Source: Alphaproteobacteria bacterium (GTDB lineage: Bacteria > Pseudomonadota > Alphaproteobacteria > Bin95). From it: a stretch of DNA of 64,000 bases. Position 1 is the stretch's first letter; each line of letters starts with the position of its first letter. The stretch is from positions 1,644,346 through 1,708,345 of the forward strand of contig OZ244951.1 of assembly GCA_965222315.1 (NCBI GenBank), given 5' to 3'. Shown one piece after another: positions 55,368-64,000 of the stretch. The position numbers and the translations under genes are program-made. Under the pieces are notes generated by a model. That model saw only the letters and a program-made list of their open reading frames with translations, ran no database searches and was not told the DNA's origin.

Positions 55368-56320
55368 GTGGTTGAGAGTGCGGCCCAGGTGGTGCCGCCG
55401 TCATGGCTGAGGAGCACGCCGTCCGCGGTGGCGGCGGCGATCCGGGATGGCACTTTTTGGTGAGCGGCGAGCGCGGTCGTGGCGTGGCCCGATCTCCGCG
55501 ACCAGTTCACCCCGCCATCGTTGGACGCCCATAGGCCCGAGGGCAGCGCGGCGACAAGTCGTTCCGGAGCAGCCATTGCCGAGGCGAGAGCTAGTACAGG
55601 CTTGCCCTCGGGCAGCGGGGCCTCGGGCGCGGGCGGCGTGCCCTCGACCAGCGCGTCCATCGCGTCTCCCGCCACCACGTCCTGCCAACGGCAGAAGCAG
55701 TCCGGCACGCGGGTCAGGCCGCGCTCGGTGCCGGCGTAGATCCAGATGCCGCCCATGCCTGAGGCAAGATTGACCGAGGCGAGCGTCAGCACCTCGCGCT
55801 CGGCCTCGGCGATCCAGGGACGGTCCATCACAAAGGACCAGTTTTTCCCCGCGTCTTCGCTGCGCCATAGCCCGTCGCCCGCGACGGCGGCATAGATCGT
55901 ATCCGGCGTTCCGGCCGCAATGGCGAGCGCCGCGACTTGAGTTTGGGGCAATCCGCTCGAGGCAGCACCCCATGTACCGCCGCCATCGTCGGATCGGTCG
56001 AGGCCGCCGCCCTCCAGCGCCGCGAAGAGCTGCCCCGGACGATCTGGGTGACTGGCCAACGCCCGGATCGGGTTGCTCGGCTCAGGCAGGAGGGTTGCGT
56101 CGCCGGACAGATCAAACCGCCACACCCGCTCACCCGCGGCGACAACCGCATCGCCGTCGAATGCCAACACACATGTCGCCGGGCCCCCGGCCTCCGCCCG
56201 CCGGGCTGGCAACAGTCCGGCGGCTGTTATTCCGCCAAACATGGCAAGCACGCTGCGGCGGCGAAGCGGTCTTGTGATCGGATTGTTCATGGTCATCATC
56301 TCATCTTCTTCACGCGACAC
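55364..56320 (-). CDS. Exported BNR/Asp-box repeat beta-propeller protein (Ycf48-like)
   Basis: Tat-like RRRSVLAMFGG. Asp-boxes SDDGGGTW, SEDAGKNW, SNDGGVNW, SHDGGTTW. Exact start uncertain. Confidence 0.7.
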   Translation of the reverse strand: MSREEDEMMTMNNPITRPLRRRSVLAMFGGITAAGLLPARRAEAGGPATCVLAFDGDAVVAAGERVWRFDLSGDATLLPEPSNPIRALASHPDRPGQLFAALEGGGLDRSDDGGGTWGAASSGLPQTQVAALAIAAGTPDTIYAAVAGDGLWRSEDAGKNWSFVMDRPWIAEAEREVLTLASVNLASGMGGIWIYAGTERGLTRVPDCFCRWQDVVAGDAMDALVEGTPPAPEAPLPEGKPVLALASAMAAPERLVAALPSGLWASNDGGVNWSRRSGHATTALAAHQKVPSRIAAATADGVLLSHDGGTTWAALSTT

Positions 56321-57755
56321 GGATCACCCCCATCATCCCACCCGCCTGATGCTCGAGGATGTGGCAGTGGAACATCCAGTTGCCGGGGTTGTCGGCGACA
56401 AAGGCGATCTCGACCCGTTCGCGCGGGGCCATCAGCACAGTGTCCTGCCATTCGCGATGCGCCGTCGGCGTGCCGTCGCGGTTGATCACGCGGAAGGAAT
56501 GGCCGTGCAGGTGGATCGGGTGGTGGAACGCCGTGGCATTGGTCATGGCGATGACGTGGGAGGCATCGCGCTCCAGCGTCAGCATCGGGTCGAGGATGTG
56601 GCCTTCGGCCGCCACGCCGTTGACGAACCAGATGCCGCTGTCGTGCATCCGGTTCATCATCCCACCACCCATCATGCCACCCATACCACCGCGGTCATCG
56701 GCAAGGCCCATCTGGCGCTCGACCATTCCGCCCATCATGCCGCCGGTGAAGGTCACTTCGTGACGGCGGGCACGGGCGATGTCGGGCTCGGGCAGCGGGT
56801 TTGGGGCCAACGCCATGTCCCAGTCTGGCGGGGAGTCGCGCAGGGGCGTCTCCGCGACCGCCAGATCGACCAGCCCATAGGCGTCCTGCGCGAAGAACCG
56901 GTCGGTGATCCGGACCTTCGTGCCGGGCGCGGCGGACACGTCGAGCATCAGGTCGGCGCGCATGGCCGGGCCGAGCACTACCCGCCCGCCAGGCGCTGCG
57001 TGCGGTGTGACAGGCTGGCCGTCGAGCGCAATCACTTGCGGCGCAAGATCGCCAAAATCGAGTGTGAAGATGCGGGCATTGGCGGCGTTGATCAGGCGCA
57101 GCCGGATCCGCTCGCCCGCCCGCACTGGCACGGCGTCGGGGACGCGAGCGTTGATCGTCAACGTGTTGCCGAGCCGCCCGGCATGGCTCATGTCGCGGAA
57201 GCCGCCGAAATCGCCCGCGATGCTTGCGTCCTGCGTCAGCCGCCAGTCGTCGAGCACCCAGACCAGTTCGCGGTCCACCTGCGGCGGGTCCGCCTCCTCG
57301 ACTATCAGCGCGCCATAGAGCCCGCGACCTACCTGCTCGAAGCTGCGCTGGTGCGGGTGATACCAAAATGTGCCGGCATCGACCGCGTTGAACTCGTAGG
57401 TGAAGGTTTCACCCCGCGCGATGGGCGCCTGTGTCAGATGAGGCACGCCGTCCATGGCATTGGGCACCCGCAGCCCGTGCCAGTGCACGGTCGTTTCCTC
57501 GGCCAGTGCATTCTCGACCGTGATGCTCAGCCGGTCGCCTTGCCGCACCCGGATCTTGGGGCCGGGCACGGCGCCGCCATAGCACCAGACGTCAGTTTCG
57601 CCCCAGCGTTCGGGGACCAGTTGCGCCCGTCCCTGTGCAGCGCGCAGGGTGAAGGTATTCGGCGTGCCCGCCCATACGGGACGCATGGATATTGCCGCAC
57701 CACTGCCTGCCAAAAATCCGCGCCGCGACAGCGCCGGTGTGAATGTCGATTTCAT
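56310..57755 (-). CDS. Multicopper oxidase (CopA/PcoA/CueO type) with Met-rich insert
   Basis: Tat signal SRRGFLAGSG. HWHGLRVP, WYHPH, HPIHLHGH, HCHILEHQAGGMMG. Met-rich GGMMGGMVERQMG...GGMGGMMGGGMMNRMHD. Confidence 0.9.
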   Translation of the reverse strand: MKSTFTPALSRRGFLAGSGAAISMRPVWAGTPNTFTLRAAQGRAQLVPERWGETDVWCYGGAVPGPKIRVRQGDRLSITVENALAEETTVHWHGLRVPNAMDGVPHLTQAPIARGETFTYEFNAVDAGTFWYHPHQRSFEQVGRGLYGALIVEEADPPQVDRELVWVLDDWRLTQDASIAGDFGGFRDMSHAGRLGNTLTINARVPDAVPVRAGERIRLRLINAANARIFTLDFGDLAPQVIALDGQPVTPHAAPGGRVVLGPAMRADLMLDVSAAPGTKVRITDRFFAQDAYGLVDLAVAETPLRDSPPDWDMALAPNPLPEPDIARARRHEVTFTGGMMGGMVERQMGLADDRGGMGGMMGGGMMNRMHDSGIWFVNGVAAEGHILDPMLTLERDASHVIAMTNATAFHHPIHLHGHSFRVINRDGTPTAHREWQDTVLMAPRERVEIAFVADNPGNWMFHCHILEHQAGGMMGVIRVA

Positions 57756-57863
57756 GTGTCTGTCTCATCTGATCTCTACCATCGGGGTTCGCGCGATTAA
57801 GTGCGTCCCGAAACCGTTCAGGTTCCAGAAATACTTAGTCCGACGGTCACGGGAACGCTGTGG

Positions 57864-58328
57864 TCAGCGCCCGTGAACGTCGGATCGGATGAGGTATCGG
57901 GGTGGGAACGGATCCGGCGGTTCACGCAGACTATTCGGCATGGTCTCGCTCATGGGGCGGCCCTGACGAAGGACTGGCATCAAGTAAATGAAAGACGATG
58001 CAGCGGGAAGGGTCACCACACTGGTGGCAGTGCAATCGAGTTGGCACGATTTCAAGTCCGCAGCACCTTCGCCACCTGTCGGACAGCCTTGACAGTCCTC
58101 CATGGCCATCACGCTGCCATCCGTTACGGCCATTTCCAGTGTCATCGCGTTCGCGCTCACCGCATGCACGACCGTGCTCGCAGCGATAACCGCAAGAAAG
58201 GCCAGTAGCAATATAGAGGAAAATTGACACGTGATTAGGTAATTGATTGGGCGAGAGCGCGTGTCCAGCCACGACCCTGTGACCCGACGCGGCGCGATAA
58301 TCTGACTTTCAGGGAACACGACGTGCAT
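57864..58328 (-). CDS. Small anchored Cys-rich protein of unknown function
   Basis: TM segment SSILLLAFLAVIAAS, then MEDCQGCPTGG...KSCQLDCTATS and C-terminal PPDPFPPRY. Start uncertain (ATG at 58328 abuts the cueR stop). Confidence 0.4.
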   Translation of the reverse strand: MHVVFPESQIIAPRRVTGSWLDTRSRPINYLITCQFSSILLLAFLAVIAASTVVHAVSANAMTLEMAVTDGSVMAMEDCQGCPTGGEGAADLKSCQLDCTATSVVTLPAASSFIYLMPVLRQGRPMSETMPNSLREPPDPFPPRYLIRSDVHGR

Positions 58329-58732
58329 CAGACTGGCTCTTTCTGTAAAACCACAGCCAGATCTTCGAGGATCGGACATTCCGGCCGGTGGTCACCTGCG
58401 CAACTCTCGATGAGATGGCCGAGCGTGGCACGCATCGCCTTCAGTTCGGTGATCTTCGCATGGACAAGCTCCAGATGGTGTTGGACGATCTGTTTGACAT
58501 CCGCGCTTGCGCGGTCCTTATCCTCATACAAGGCGAGAAGCGCACGACAATCTTCAATCGTGAAGCCAAGAGAGCGGGCGCGCCCGATGAAGCCCAGCTT
58601 GTGCAGATCCTTATCGTTGAACTGGCGATAGCCGTTGTTATCGCGTGCCGGGGTCACGAGGCCGATATCCTCGTAATACCGGATGGTCTTGGCGGGCAGC
58701 CCTGTGATCCGCGCTACATCTCCGATATTCAT
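58328..58732 (-). CDS. cueR: CueR/HmrR-type Cu(I)-sensing MerR regulator
   Basis: MNIGDVARITGLPAKTIRYYEDIGL. Ser at the CueR-S77-equivalent (DRASADVK). C-x7-C loop CAGDHRPECPI. Confidence 0.85.
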   Translation of the reverse strand: MNIGDVARITGLPAKTIRYYEDIGLVTPARDNNGYRQFNDKDLHKLGFIGRARSLGFTIEDCRALLALYEDKDRASADVKQIVQHHLELVHAKITELKAMRATLGHLIESCAGDHRPECPILEDLAVVLQKEPV

Positions 58733-61260
58733 GCGTGAGCCTCCTGTTCCGCTGGGGCCAGTCGGGCCGCGTGCGTAGAATTTGAAGCTCCGGCACGCGC
58801 GCCCTCGGCCATAGCCGGGCGCAACCGGCGTAGGCGCAGCGCGTTTGACAGCACAAAAACAGAACTGAGCGCCATCGCCCCGGCTGCCAGAACCGGCGAC
58901 AGCAACAGCCCGAAGGCTGGGTAAAGCACGCCCGCCGCCACCGGAATGAGCGCGGTATTGTAGCCGAAAGCCCAGAACAGATTCTGCCGAATGTTGCGCA
59001 TTGTGTGGCGGGAGACCTGAAATGCGTTCACCACACCGCGCAGGTCGCCCGACATTAGCACGACATCGGCGGATTCGATGGCCACGTCGGTTCCGGTACC
59101 GATCGCAATCCCGACATCCGCATGGGCCAGCGCGGGCGCATCGTTGATCCCATCGCCGACGAAGGCCACGCGGCGGCTCTCGCGGCGCAGCGCGTCGATG
59201 GCCGCGACCTTGCCGTCGGGCAGCACCCCGGCGATGACGTGATCAATGCCCACCTCGCGCGCGATGGCGTCGGCAGTCTCGCGATTGTCGCCTGTGATCA
59301 TCGCCACGCACAGCCCGGCGGCGTGCAACGCGCGGATTGCTGCGGCGCTTGACGGCTTGACCGGATCGGACACGGCAATGACCGCGGCGGCCTGCCCGTC
59401 GAGTGCCACGTAAAGCGCGGTGCGCCCGGTTGTGGCGAGGTCGGCGGCCATGTCGGCCAACGCGCCCGTATCCACCCCATCGCGCGTCATCAGCCGGTCG
59501 GAGCCGACCAGCACGTCGCGGCCCGCGACGCGCGCACGCACCCCGTACCCGGTGATTGACTCGAAATTGTCCGCGTCAAGGCGTGCCGCACCCTCGGCTT
59601 CCGCGGCGCGGGTGATCGCCGCGGCCACGGGGTGTTCCGACTGGGCCTCCACTGCCGCCACCGCCGACAGGACGTCTGTGCGCTCGAACCCCTTGGCCAA
59701 CACCAGGTTCGTCAGTTCGGGCCGCCCCTCAGTAACCGTCCCGGTCTTATCGAGCGCCACCGTGTCGATCCCGGCCAGCGATTGCAGTGCGTCACCCTTG
59801 CGAAACAGCACGCCCATTTCGGCCGCGCGCCCGGTGCCCACCATGATCGAGGTCGGCGTGGCCAGCCCCATCGCGCAGGGGCAAGCGATGATCAACACCG
59901 ACACTCCCGCCACCAGCGCCAGCGTCATGCTCGGGTCAGGGCCAACGGTTAGCCACACTGAGACCGTCAGCGCCGTCACGGCCATCACCGCCGGCACGAA
60001 CCACAGCGTAATCCGGTCCACCAGCGCCTGCACGGGCAGCTTGGCGCCCTGCGCGTCCTCGACCATGCGGATGATCTGCGCCAGCGTCGTGTCCGCACCC
60101 ACCCGCGAGACGCGGACCTGCAGCGCGCCCGCACCGTTGACCGTGCCACCCGTCACCGGATCGCCGGGCGCCTTGGCCACCGGCACCGACTCGCCGGTGA
60201 TCATGCTCTCGTCGACATGGACCGAGCCTTGCGTGATCTCGCCATCCAGTGCGATGCGTTCGCCGGGACGCACTAGAAGAGTGTCGCCGACGACGATGTT
60301 GTCGACGACGACATCCTGTGGCACGCCATCGCGAATCACGCGCGCGGTGTTTGCCTGCAGGCCCAGCAGCCGCTGGATCGCCGCGCCGGTCCGCCCCTTG
60401 GCGCGCGCCTCCAGCCAGCGCCCCAGCAGGATCAGTGCCGCGATGACCGCGGCCGCCTCGAAATAGACCGCGCGCACGGCCTCGGGCAGAATGTCCGGTT
60501 GGAATGTCGCCACCACCGAATACGCCCAGGCCGCGCCGGTGCCGACCGCGACCAAGCTGTTCATGTCCGGCGCCCCGCGTAGCAGAGCGGGGATCCCCTT
60601 GACAAAGAACATTCGCCCCGGCCCCGCGAGGATCGCCGTCGTCAGCACGAACTGGAGGATCCAGTTGGCCTGCTGGCCGATCGTTCCGGCGATCAGACCA
60701 TGCAGGCCGGGAATGACATGGCTGCCCATCTCGACGACGACGACCGGTAGCGCCAGCGCGGCGGCAAACGCCGTCCGGCGCGCGGTCTGCCGCGTCTCGA
60801 CCGCCTGACGCGCGGACGCCTCCTCGGTCCTGTCCGCGACGGCCAGTTCGGCAGGATAGCCCGCCGCGCGTGCGGCCGCCATCAGCGCCCTCGGCCCAGT
60901 CGCGTCTTCGGCGTGGCGAATCGTGGCGCTGCGCGCGGCGAGGTTCACGGTGACATCGGTGACGCCAGACACTGCGGCCAGCGCCGCCTCAAGCCGTCCG
61001 ACGCAGGAGGCGCAGTACATCGACGGGATGTGCAGTGTCACGCGCTGCGTGCGCAGGGGATACCCGGCGTGGTCAAGTGCTGCCGCGACGTCGGCCAGAT
61101 CGGCCGGAGCTGTCATTGAAAGCCACGCGGTGCGGGCGGCCAGGTTGACCGACGCGTCGCACACGCCGTCAATCTCGCGCAAGATTCGCTCGACCCGGCC
61201 CACGCAGGACGCGCAGGACATCCCGTCGATTGCTATTGTCAGATGTGGCGCATCGGTCAT
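58729..61260 (-). CDS. copA: Cu(I)-exporting P1B-1 ATPase with two N-terminal HMA domains
   Basis: Two GMSCASCVGRVE / SMYCASCVGRLE domains. CPC, DKTGTVT, GDGINDAP, TM7 YN (FGYNTALIP), TM8 MALSSVFV. Start set at MTDAPHL (61260). Confidence 0.9.
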   Translation of the reverse strand: MTDAPHLTIAIDGMSCASCVGRVERILREIDGVCDASVNLAARTAWLSMTAPADLADVAAALDHAGYPLRTQRVTLHIPSMYCASCVGRLEAALAAVSGVTDVTVNLAARSATIRHAEDATGPRALMAAARAAGYPAELAVADRTEEASARQAVETRQTARRTAFAAALALPVVVVEMGSHVIPGLHGLIAGTIGQQANWILQFVLTTAILAGPGRMFFVKGIPALLRGAPDMNSLVAVGTGAAWAYSVVATFQPDILPEAVRAVYFEAAAVIAALILLGRWLEARAKGRTGAAIQRLLGLQANTARVIRDGVPQDVVVDNIVVGDTLLVRPGERIALDGEITQGSVHVDESMITGESVPVAKAPGDPVTGGTVNGAGALQVRVSRVGADTTLAQIIRMVEDAQGAKLPVQALVDRITLWFVPAVMAVTALTVSVWLTVGPDPSMTLALVAGVSVLIIACPCAMGLATPTSIMVGTGRAAEMGVLFRKGDALQSLAGIDTVALDKTGTVTEGRPELTNLVLAKGFERTDVLSAVAAVEAQSEHPVAAAITRAAEAEGAARLDADNFESITGYGVRARVAGRDVLVGSDRLMTRDGVDTGALADMAADLATTGRTALYVALDGQAAAVIAVSDPVKPSSAAAIRALHAAGLCVAMITGDNRETADAIAREVGIDHVIAGVLPDGKVAAIDALRRESRRVAFVGDGINDAPALAHADVGIAIGTGTDVAIESADVVLMSGDLRGVVNAFQVSRHTMRNIRQNLFWAFGYNTALIPVAAGVLYPAFGLLLSPVLAAGAMALSSVFVLSNALRLRRLRPAMAEGARAGASNSTHAARLAPAEQEAHA

Positions 61261-61297
61261 GTGGGTCGCTTTCCAGGTTCCGATCATACAGATGGGG

Positions 61298-61320
61298 CTT
61301 CCACTTACTGGAAGGTCAAG
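61298..61320 (-). promoter_or_regulatory. CueR-box promoter for copA
   Basis: Minus strand reads CTTGACCTTCCAGTAAGTGGAAG (TTGACC -35 plus CTTCCA/TGGAAG dyad), as in the E. coli PcopA architecture. The -10 is unclear (CATCTG at 19 bp). Confidence 0.55.
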
Positions 61321-61546
61321 AGGCGGCGCCGGAAAAATCGATCCCCGTGCAGCACTGCAGCTTCGCCACATCCATGTCGAAGGTCTGCGCGGCAAGCTTG
61401 AGGCCCGCGGCCGTGGTGATATAGGGGAGGATCATCTCGCTGAGCGCCTTGGTGGCCATGCCGGATTTCAGTGCCATGACGAGCGTCTGGATGGTGTCGG
61501 CCCCCTTGGCTCGGTGCGCGGCAGCAGGCGCGAGCGGCACACGATG
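61316..61546 (-). pseudogene. merA: Mercuric reductase (merA) 3'-terminal remnant
   Basis: ...ADTIQTLVMALKSGMATKALSEMILPYITTAAGLKLAAQTFDMDVAKLQCCTG resembles the MerA C-terminus with its terminal Cys pair. No upstream part is present. Confidence 0.55.
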
Positions 61547-61640
61547 CACGAGCCCAGCGCGCTCGAATTCGGGAAGTGGGTACAGGTAGCCCGATTCCGC
61601 GATTGGATCAGGAAAAGCGATATCGCGGCCGCATTGCAGC
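61547..61640 (-). pseudogene. phnD-like gene scrap
   Basis: GRDIAFPDPIAESGYLYPLPEFERAGL. The DNA resembles 22275-22350 of the phnD-like gene. Confidence 0.6.
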
Positions 61641-61908
61641 GACCAGGTCAGACCGGAACAGCTCGAAATTGACGGTCGCGGTGAGCTTTTCCAACGAGCC
61701 GCTATGGGTCGACAATTCCTGAAGGCGATCCGTAAAATCCCCAAAAACGCGGTTGCTGAGCCATTGCGATACTCCGTGCGGTGATGGCTCTATCGATTCA
61801 CAAAATTCGCCAAAGCGCTAGGTGTGAGATTGCAGTAGGTTGTCCATTCGAGTCTGACCGAGGAGGCGGGAGTTACCAAGCTTCAATCTTTCCCGGAGGG
61901 AAGCCCGA

Positions 61909-62189
61909 ATGAACATCCATCAGAATGCGCGCCTGACGCCGCTCAGTCGAGAGCATATGGTGACTTCGATGCTGGCCGGGCAAAGCCCGGAGGCCGCCGC
62001 ATGGGCCGCAGGGATTTGCCCGCTACCAGGCTGAAGGCATCGAAGCCTTGTCCGACTGCTCGTCCCGGCTGAAACGGCCGCACAATCCCACGCCGCCTGC
62101 AACCGTCGCTCGGATTATTGCGCTGCGCCGGCAACGCTTAACCGGCACGGACCCTGCCGCCGAGACCGGCGTTTCGAGTGCAACCGTCA
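61909..62189 (+). pseudogene. IS481-family transposase N-terminal fragment, frameshifted
   Basis: MNIHQNARLTPLSREHMVTSMLAGQSPEAAAWAAG, then in another frame RYQAEGIEALSDCSSR...PTPPATVARIIALRRQRLTG...VSSATVSR. Confidence 0.75.
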
Positions 62190-62303
62190 GCCGGATGTAA
62201 AAGTAGGTGAGTGATATCATTCAAGGGCATTCGATCCTCCATCTTCTCGACAAAGACGGTTGAATCACGCCCCTTTGATATCACTCAACTACTTTTACAT
62301 CCG
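62190..62303. mobile_element. MITE-like element (~114 bp), uninterrupted copy
   Basis: ~29-bp terminal IRs CCGGATGTAAAAGTAGGTGAGTGATATCA / TGATATCACTCAACTACTTTTACATCCGG (1 mismatch). The left limit may be a few bp further in. Confidence 0.65.
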
Positions 62304-62949
62304 GCCCTAAGATCTGACATGCTTGGCATTGACGTGCAGCAGCGACAAGTTGGCGGCCCATTTCCGCAGCACGCATGCGCATGCTACGCCACGCTTCCAG
62401 CATCGGCAGCCCGATGGGAGCAAGTCCTTCCTGACCGACAAGCAGGGCGAGGACATTTTTCTCAAACGCGCTCCCTTTGCCTGCGGGAACGAGCAGCCCG
62501 AATGTATTCATGATGCCACGGACCTGGTTCGAAAGCTCGGTGGTGATCCTGACAATCCTGGTGTGTGCCGCCACGAGAGTGCGGGTCAGCATGCTTTCGA
62601 ACCCTTTCACCCGCACTTCGCGGAAGAAGCCCGCCTCTGCAAGATGTGCCAAGCCATCGGCGTCGTTCGCATCGGTCTTGTTGGCGGCCATGTCGAGCGC
62701 TGCCTTGGCGTGGCGTGCATCGATGCAGATCGCCGGCATTCCCTCTTCTTGCAGCGCATGATAGAACCATACGGACAGAGGCCCGGTCTTGAACACCACG
62801 CGTTTTGCGGCGGGTGCCCACTTACGAATAAGTTCAGCAATGATCCTTGGATCGGAGGCGCACCTGCCGTGCCAGATGCGCTTTCCTTTACGGCGGATCG
62901 ACACCGCTGTCTCTTTCATGGGCACGTCGAGACCGATATATTCGTCCAT
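62304..62949 (-). pseudogene. IS110-family transposase, 3'-truncated
   Basis: MDEYIGLDVPMKETAVSIRRKG...NKTDANDADGLAHLAEAGFF...QLVAAARQCQACQIL, then lost before the PGVG motif. Confidence 0.8.
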
Positions 62950-63151
62950 GGCTGTTCTCCATTCGATGCTTGGGCCCGGCGTCCAGTCGTGAGCCCGTAT
63001 TTCCATCCTAACGTGGAACAGCCGCCCTCCAAGAATCTGATCAGTTCAGGGTAACTCACGCCCGCGATTACCCTATGTGGATGCCCCCTCCCGGCCGGTA
63101 TCGTTAAGGTGTCAGCGTGGCGCCATGGTGGCGTCATAGAAGGAGAAACCC

Positions 63152-64000
63152 ATGTCAGACGTTCATGTCCTGGCGATTGACCTCGCCAAACGAAGCTTTC
63201 AGGTCTGCGGTACGGGGCGGGGCGGTTCTATTCAATCGCACGCTGTCGCGGGCGAAGCTGATGCAGCTGCTGGGCGCGCAGCCACCTTGCATCGTTGCGA
63301 TGGAGGCCTGCGCGACCAGCCACTATTGGGGGCATTTCGCTCAGCGCATCGGACATGATGTCCGATTGGTCCCGACTATTTATGTGAAGCCCTTCGTCAA
63401 GCGGCAGAAGAACGATGCAGCGGACGCGGCGGCGATTGCTGAAGCGGTGTTGCGCCCGAACATCCATTGCGTCGCGGTCAAGAGCGCCGAGCATCAGGGG
63501 CGCGCAGTCGCTTTCCGGACGCACCAATGTTTTGTCCTCCAACGCACGCAACTGATCAATGCCTTGCGGGGTCACCTAGCCGAATTCTGGCTGGATGTGC
63601 CTCAAGGGCCTCGCCGCCTCAAGCAGTTCATTGGCCTGCTGGATGGCAACACGGCCGAAGTGCCGGACTCGGTCAGAGAGATTGCCAAACTCTACCTCGA
63701 TCAGATCGACCTGCTGACCGAAAAGATCGAAATGCTGAACCGCAAATTAAAGGACGCAACGCAGGAAAATGCCGAGATGCGCCGTCTGTGCACGGTGCCC
63801 GGCGTTGGGCCAGTGACGGCTGGCTCTGTGATGGCCTTCGCGCCCGATCTGCGTGCCTTCTCCAGCGGTAGAAACTTCACTGCCTGGCTAGGTTTGATCC
63901 CGAGGCAGCGATCGACAGGCGGCAAGACGCGGTTGGGCGGGATCAGCAAAATGGGCCAGGCCGATATCCGTAAGCTGTTGATTGTCAGCGCGATGAGCCG
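63152..64000 (+). pseudogene. IS110-family transposase, frameshifted near 63225; runs off the window
   Basis: MSDVHVLAIDLAKRSFQVCG..., then in another frame FNRTLSRAKLMQLLGAQPPCIVAMEACATSHYWG...KNDAADAAAIAEA...CTVPGVGPVTAGSVMAF...GLIPRQRSTGGK. Confidence 0.8.

Noticed and set aside
56073-57800. 575-aa plus-strand ORF opposite the multicopper oxidase, and the similar 348-aa ORF at 59420-60466 opposite copA
   Set aside because: These are mirror-strand artefacts of high-GC coding sequence. The minus-strand genes carry unambiguous catalytic motifs.

Overview
High-GC (~62% by eye) alphaproteobacterial, Rhizobiales-like DNA. All family calls come from motifs read by eye; no searches were run. The first 4.4 kb is core envelope machinery: the 3' end of tamA and a complete tamB. 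The rest (4.4-64 kb) is a mosaic accessory region.
(1) A low-GC islet encodes a 1145-aa cadherin-repeat/G8/beta-helix surface protein.
(2) There are relics of an integrative or replicative element: a serine-recombinase fragment, an intact Prim-Pol/helicase gene, and an 8-copy GTCCCAT iteron palindrome.
(3) A Zn/Cd/Pb-type P1B ATPase sits behind an orphan MerR-type promoter.
(4) A di-haem cytochrome c peroxidase-like gene is translationally coupled to phnDCE-like ABC transporter genes.
(5) A MerR-controlled operon runs SCO-BdbC-BdbD-PCuAC-SCO-M23 peptidase-LspA.
(6) A CadR/PbrR-like MerR faces a SHOCT protein plus TRAP dctQM genes with no dctP.
(7) A 13.5-kb array of 19 co-directional genes runs from a CueR-box promoter through the copA ATPase, cueR, a multicopper oxidase, CopG, cytochrome c, CcmG, TlpA, SCO, PCuAC, CcdA and DsbA.
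(8) About 21 kb is insertion-sequence DNA from IS3, IS5, IS6, IS21, IS66, IS110/IS1111, IS256, IS481 and IS1595 families, mostly decayed and deeply nested.
The most unusual signal is a family of 39-bp hairpin mini-insertions with conserved flanks and compensatory stem changes. Five copies are seen, all inside transposase genes, all in sense orientation, and four are exactly in frame. They sit at or next to catalytic motifs, or at the orfA/orfB junction in one case. No rRNA, tRNA or CRISPR array was seen.
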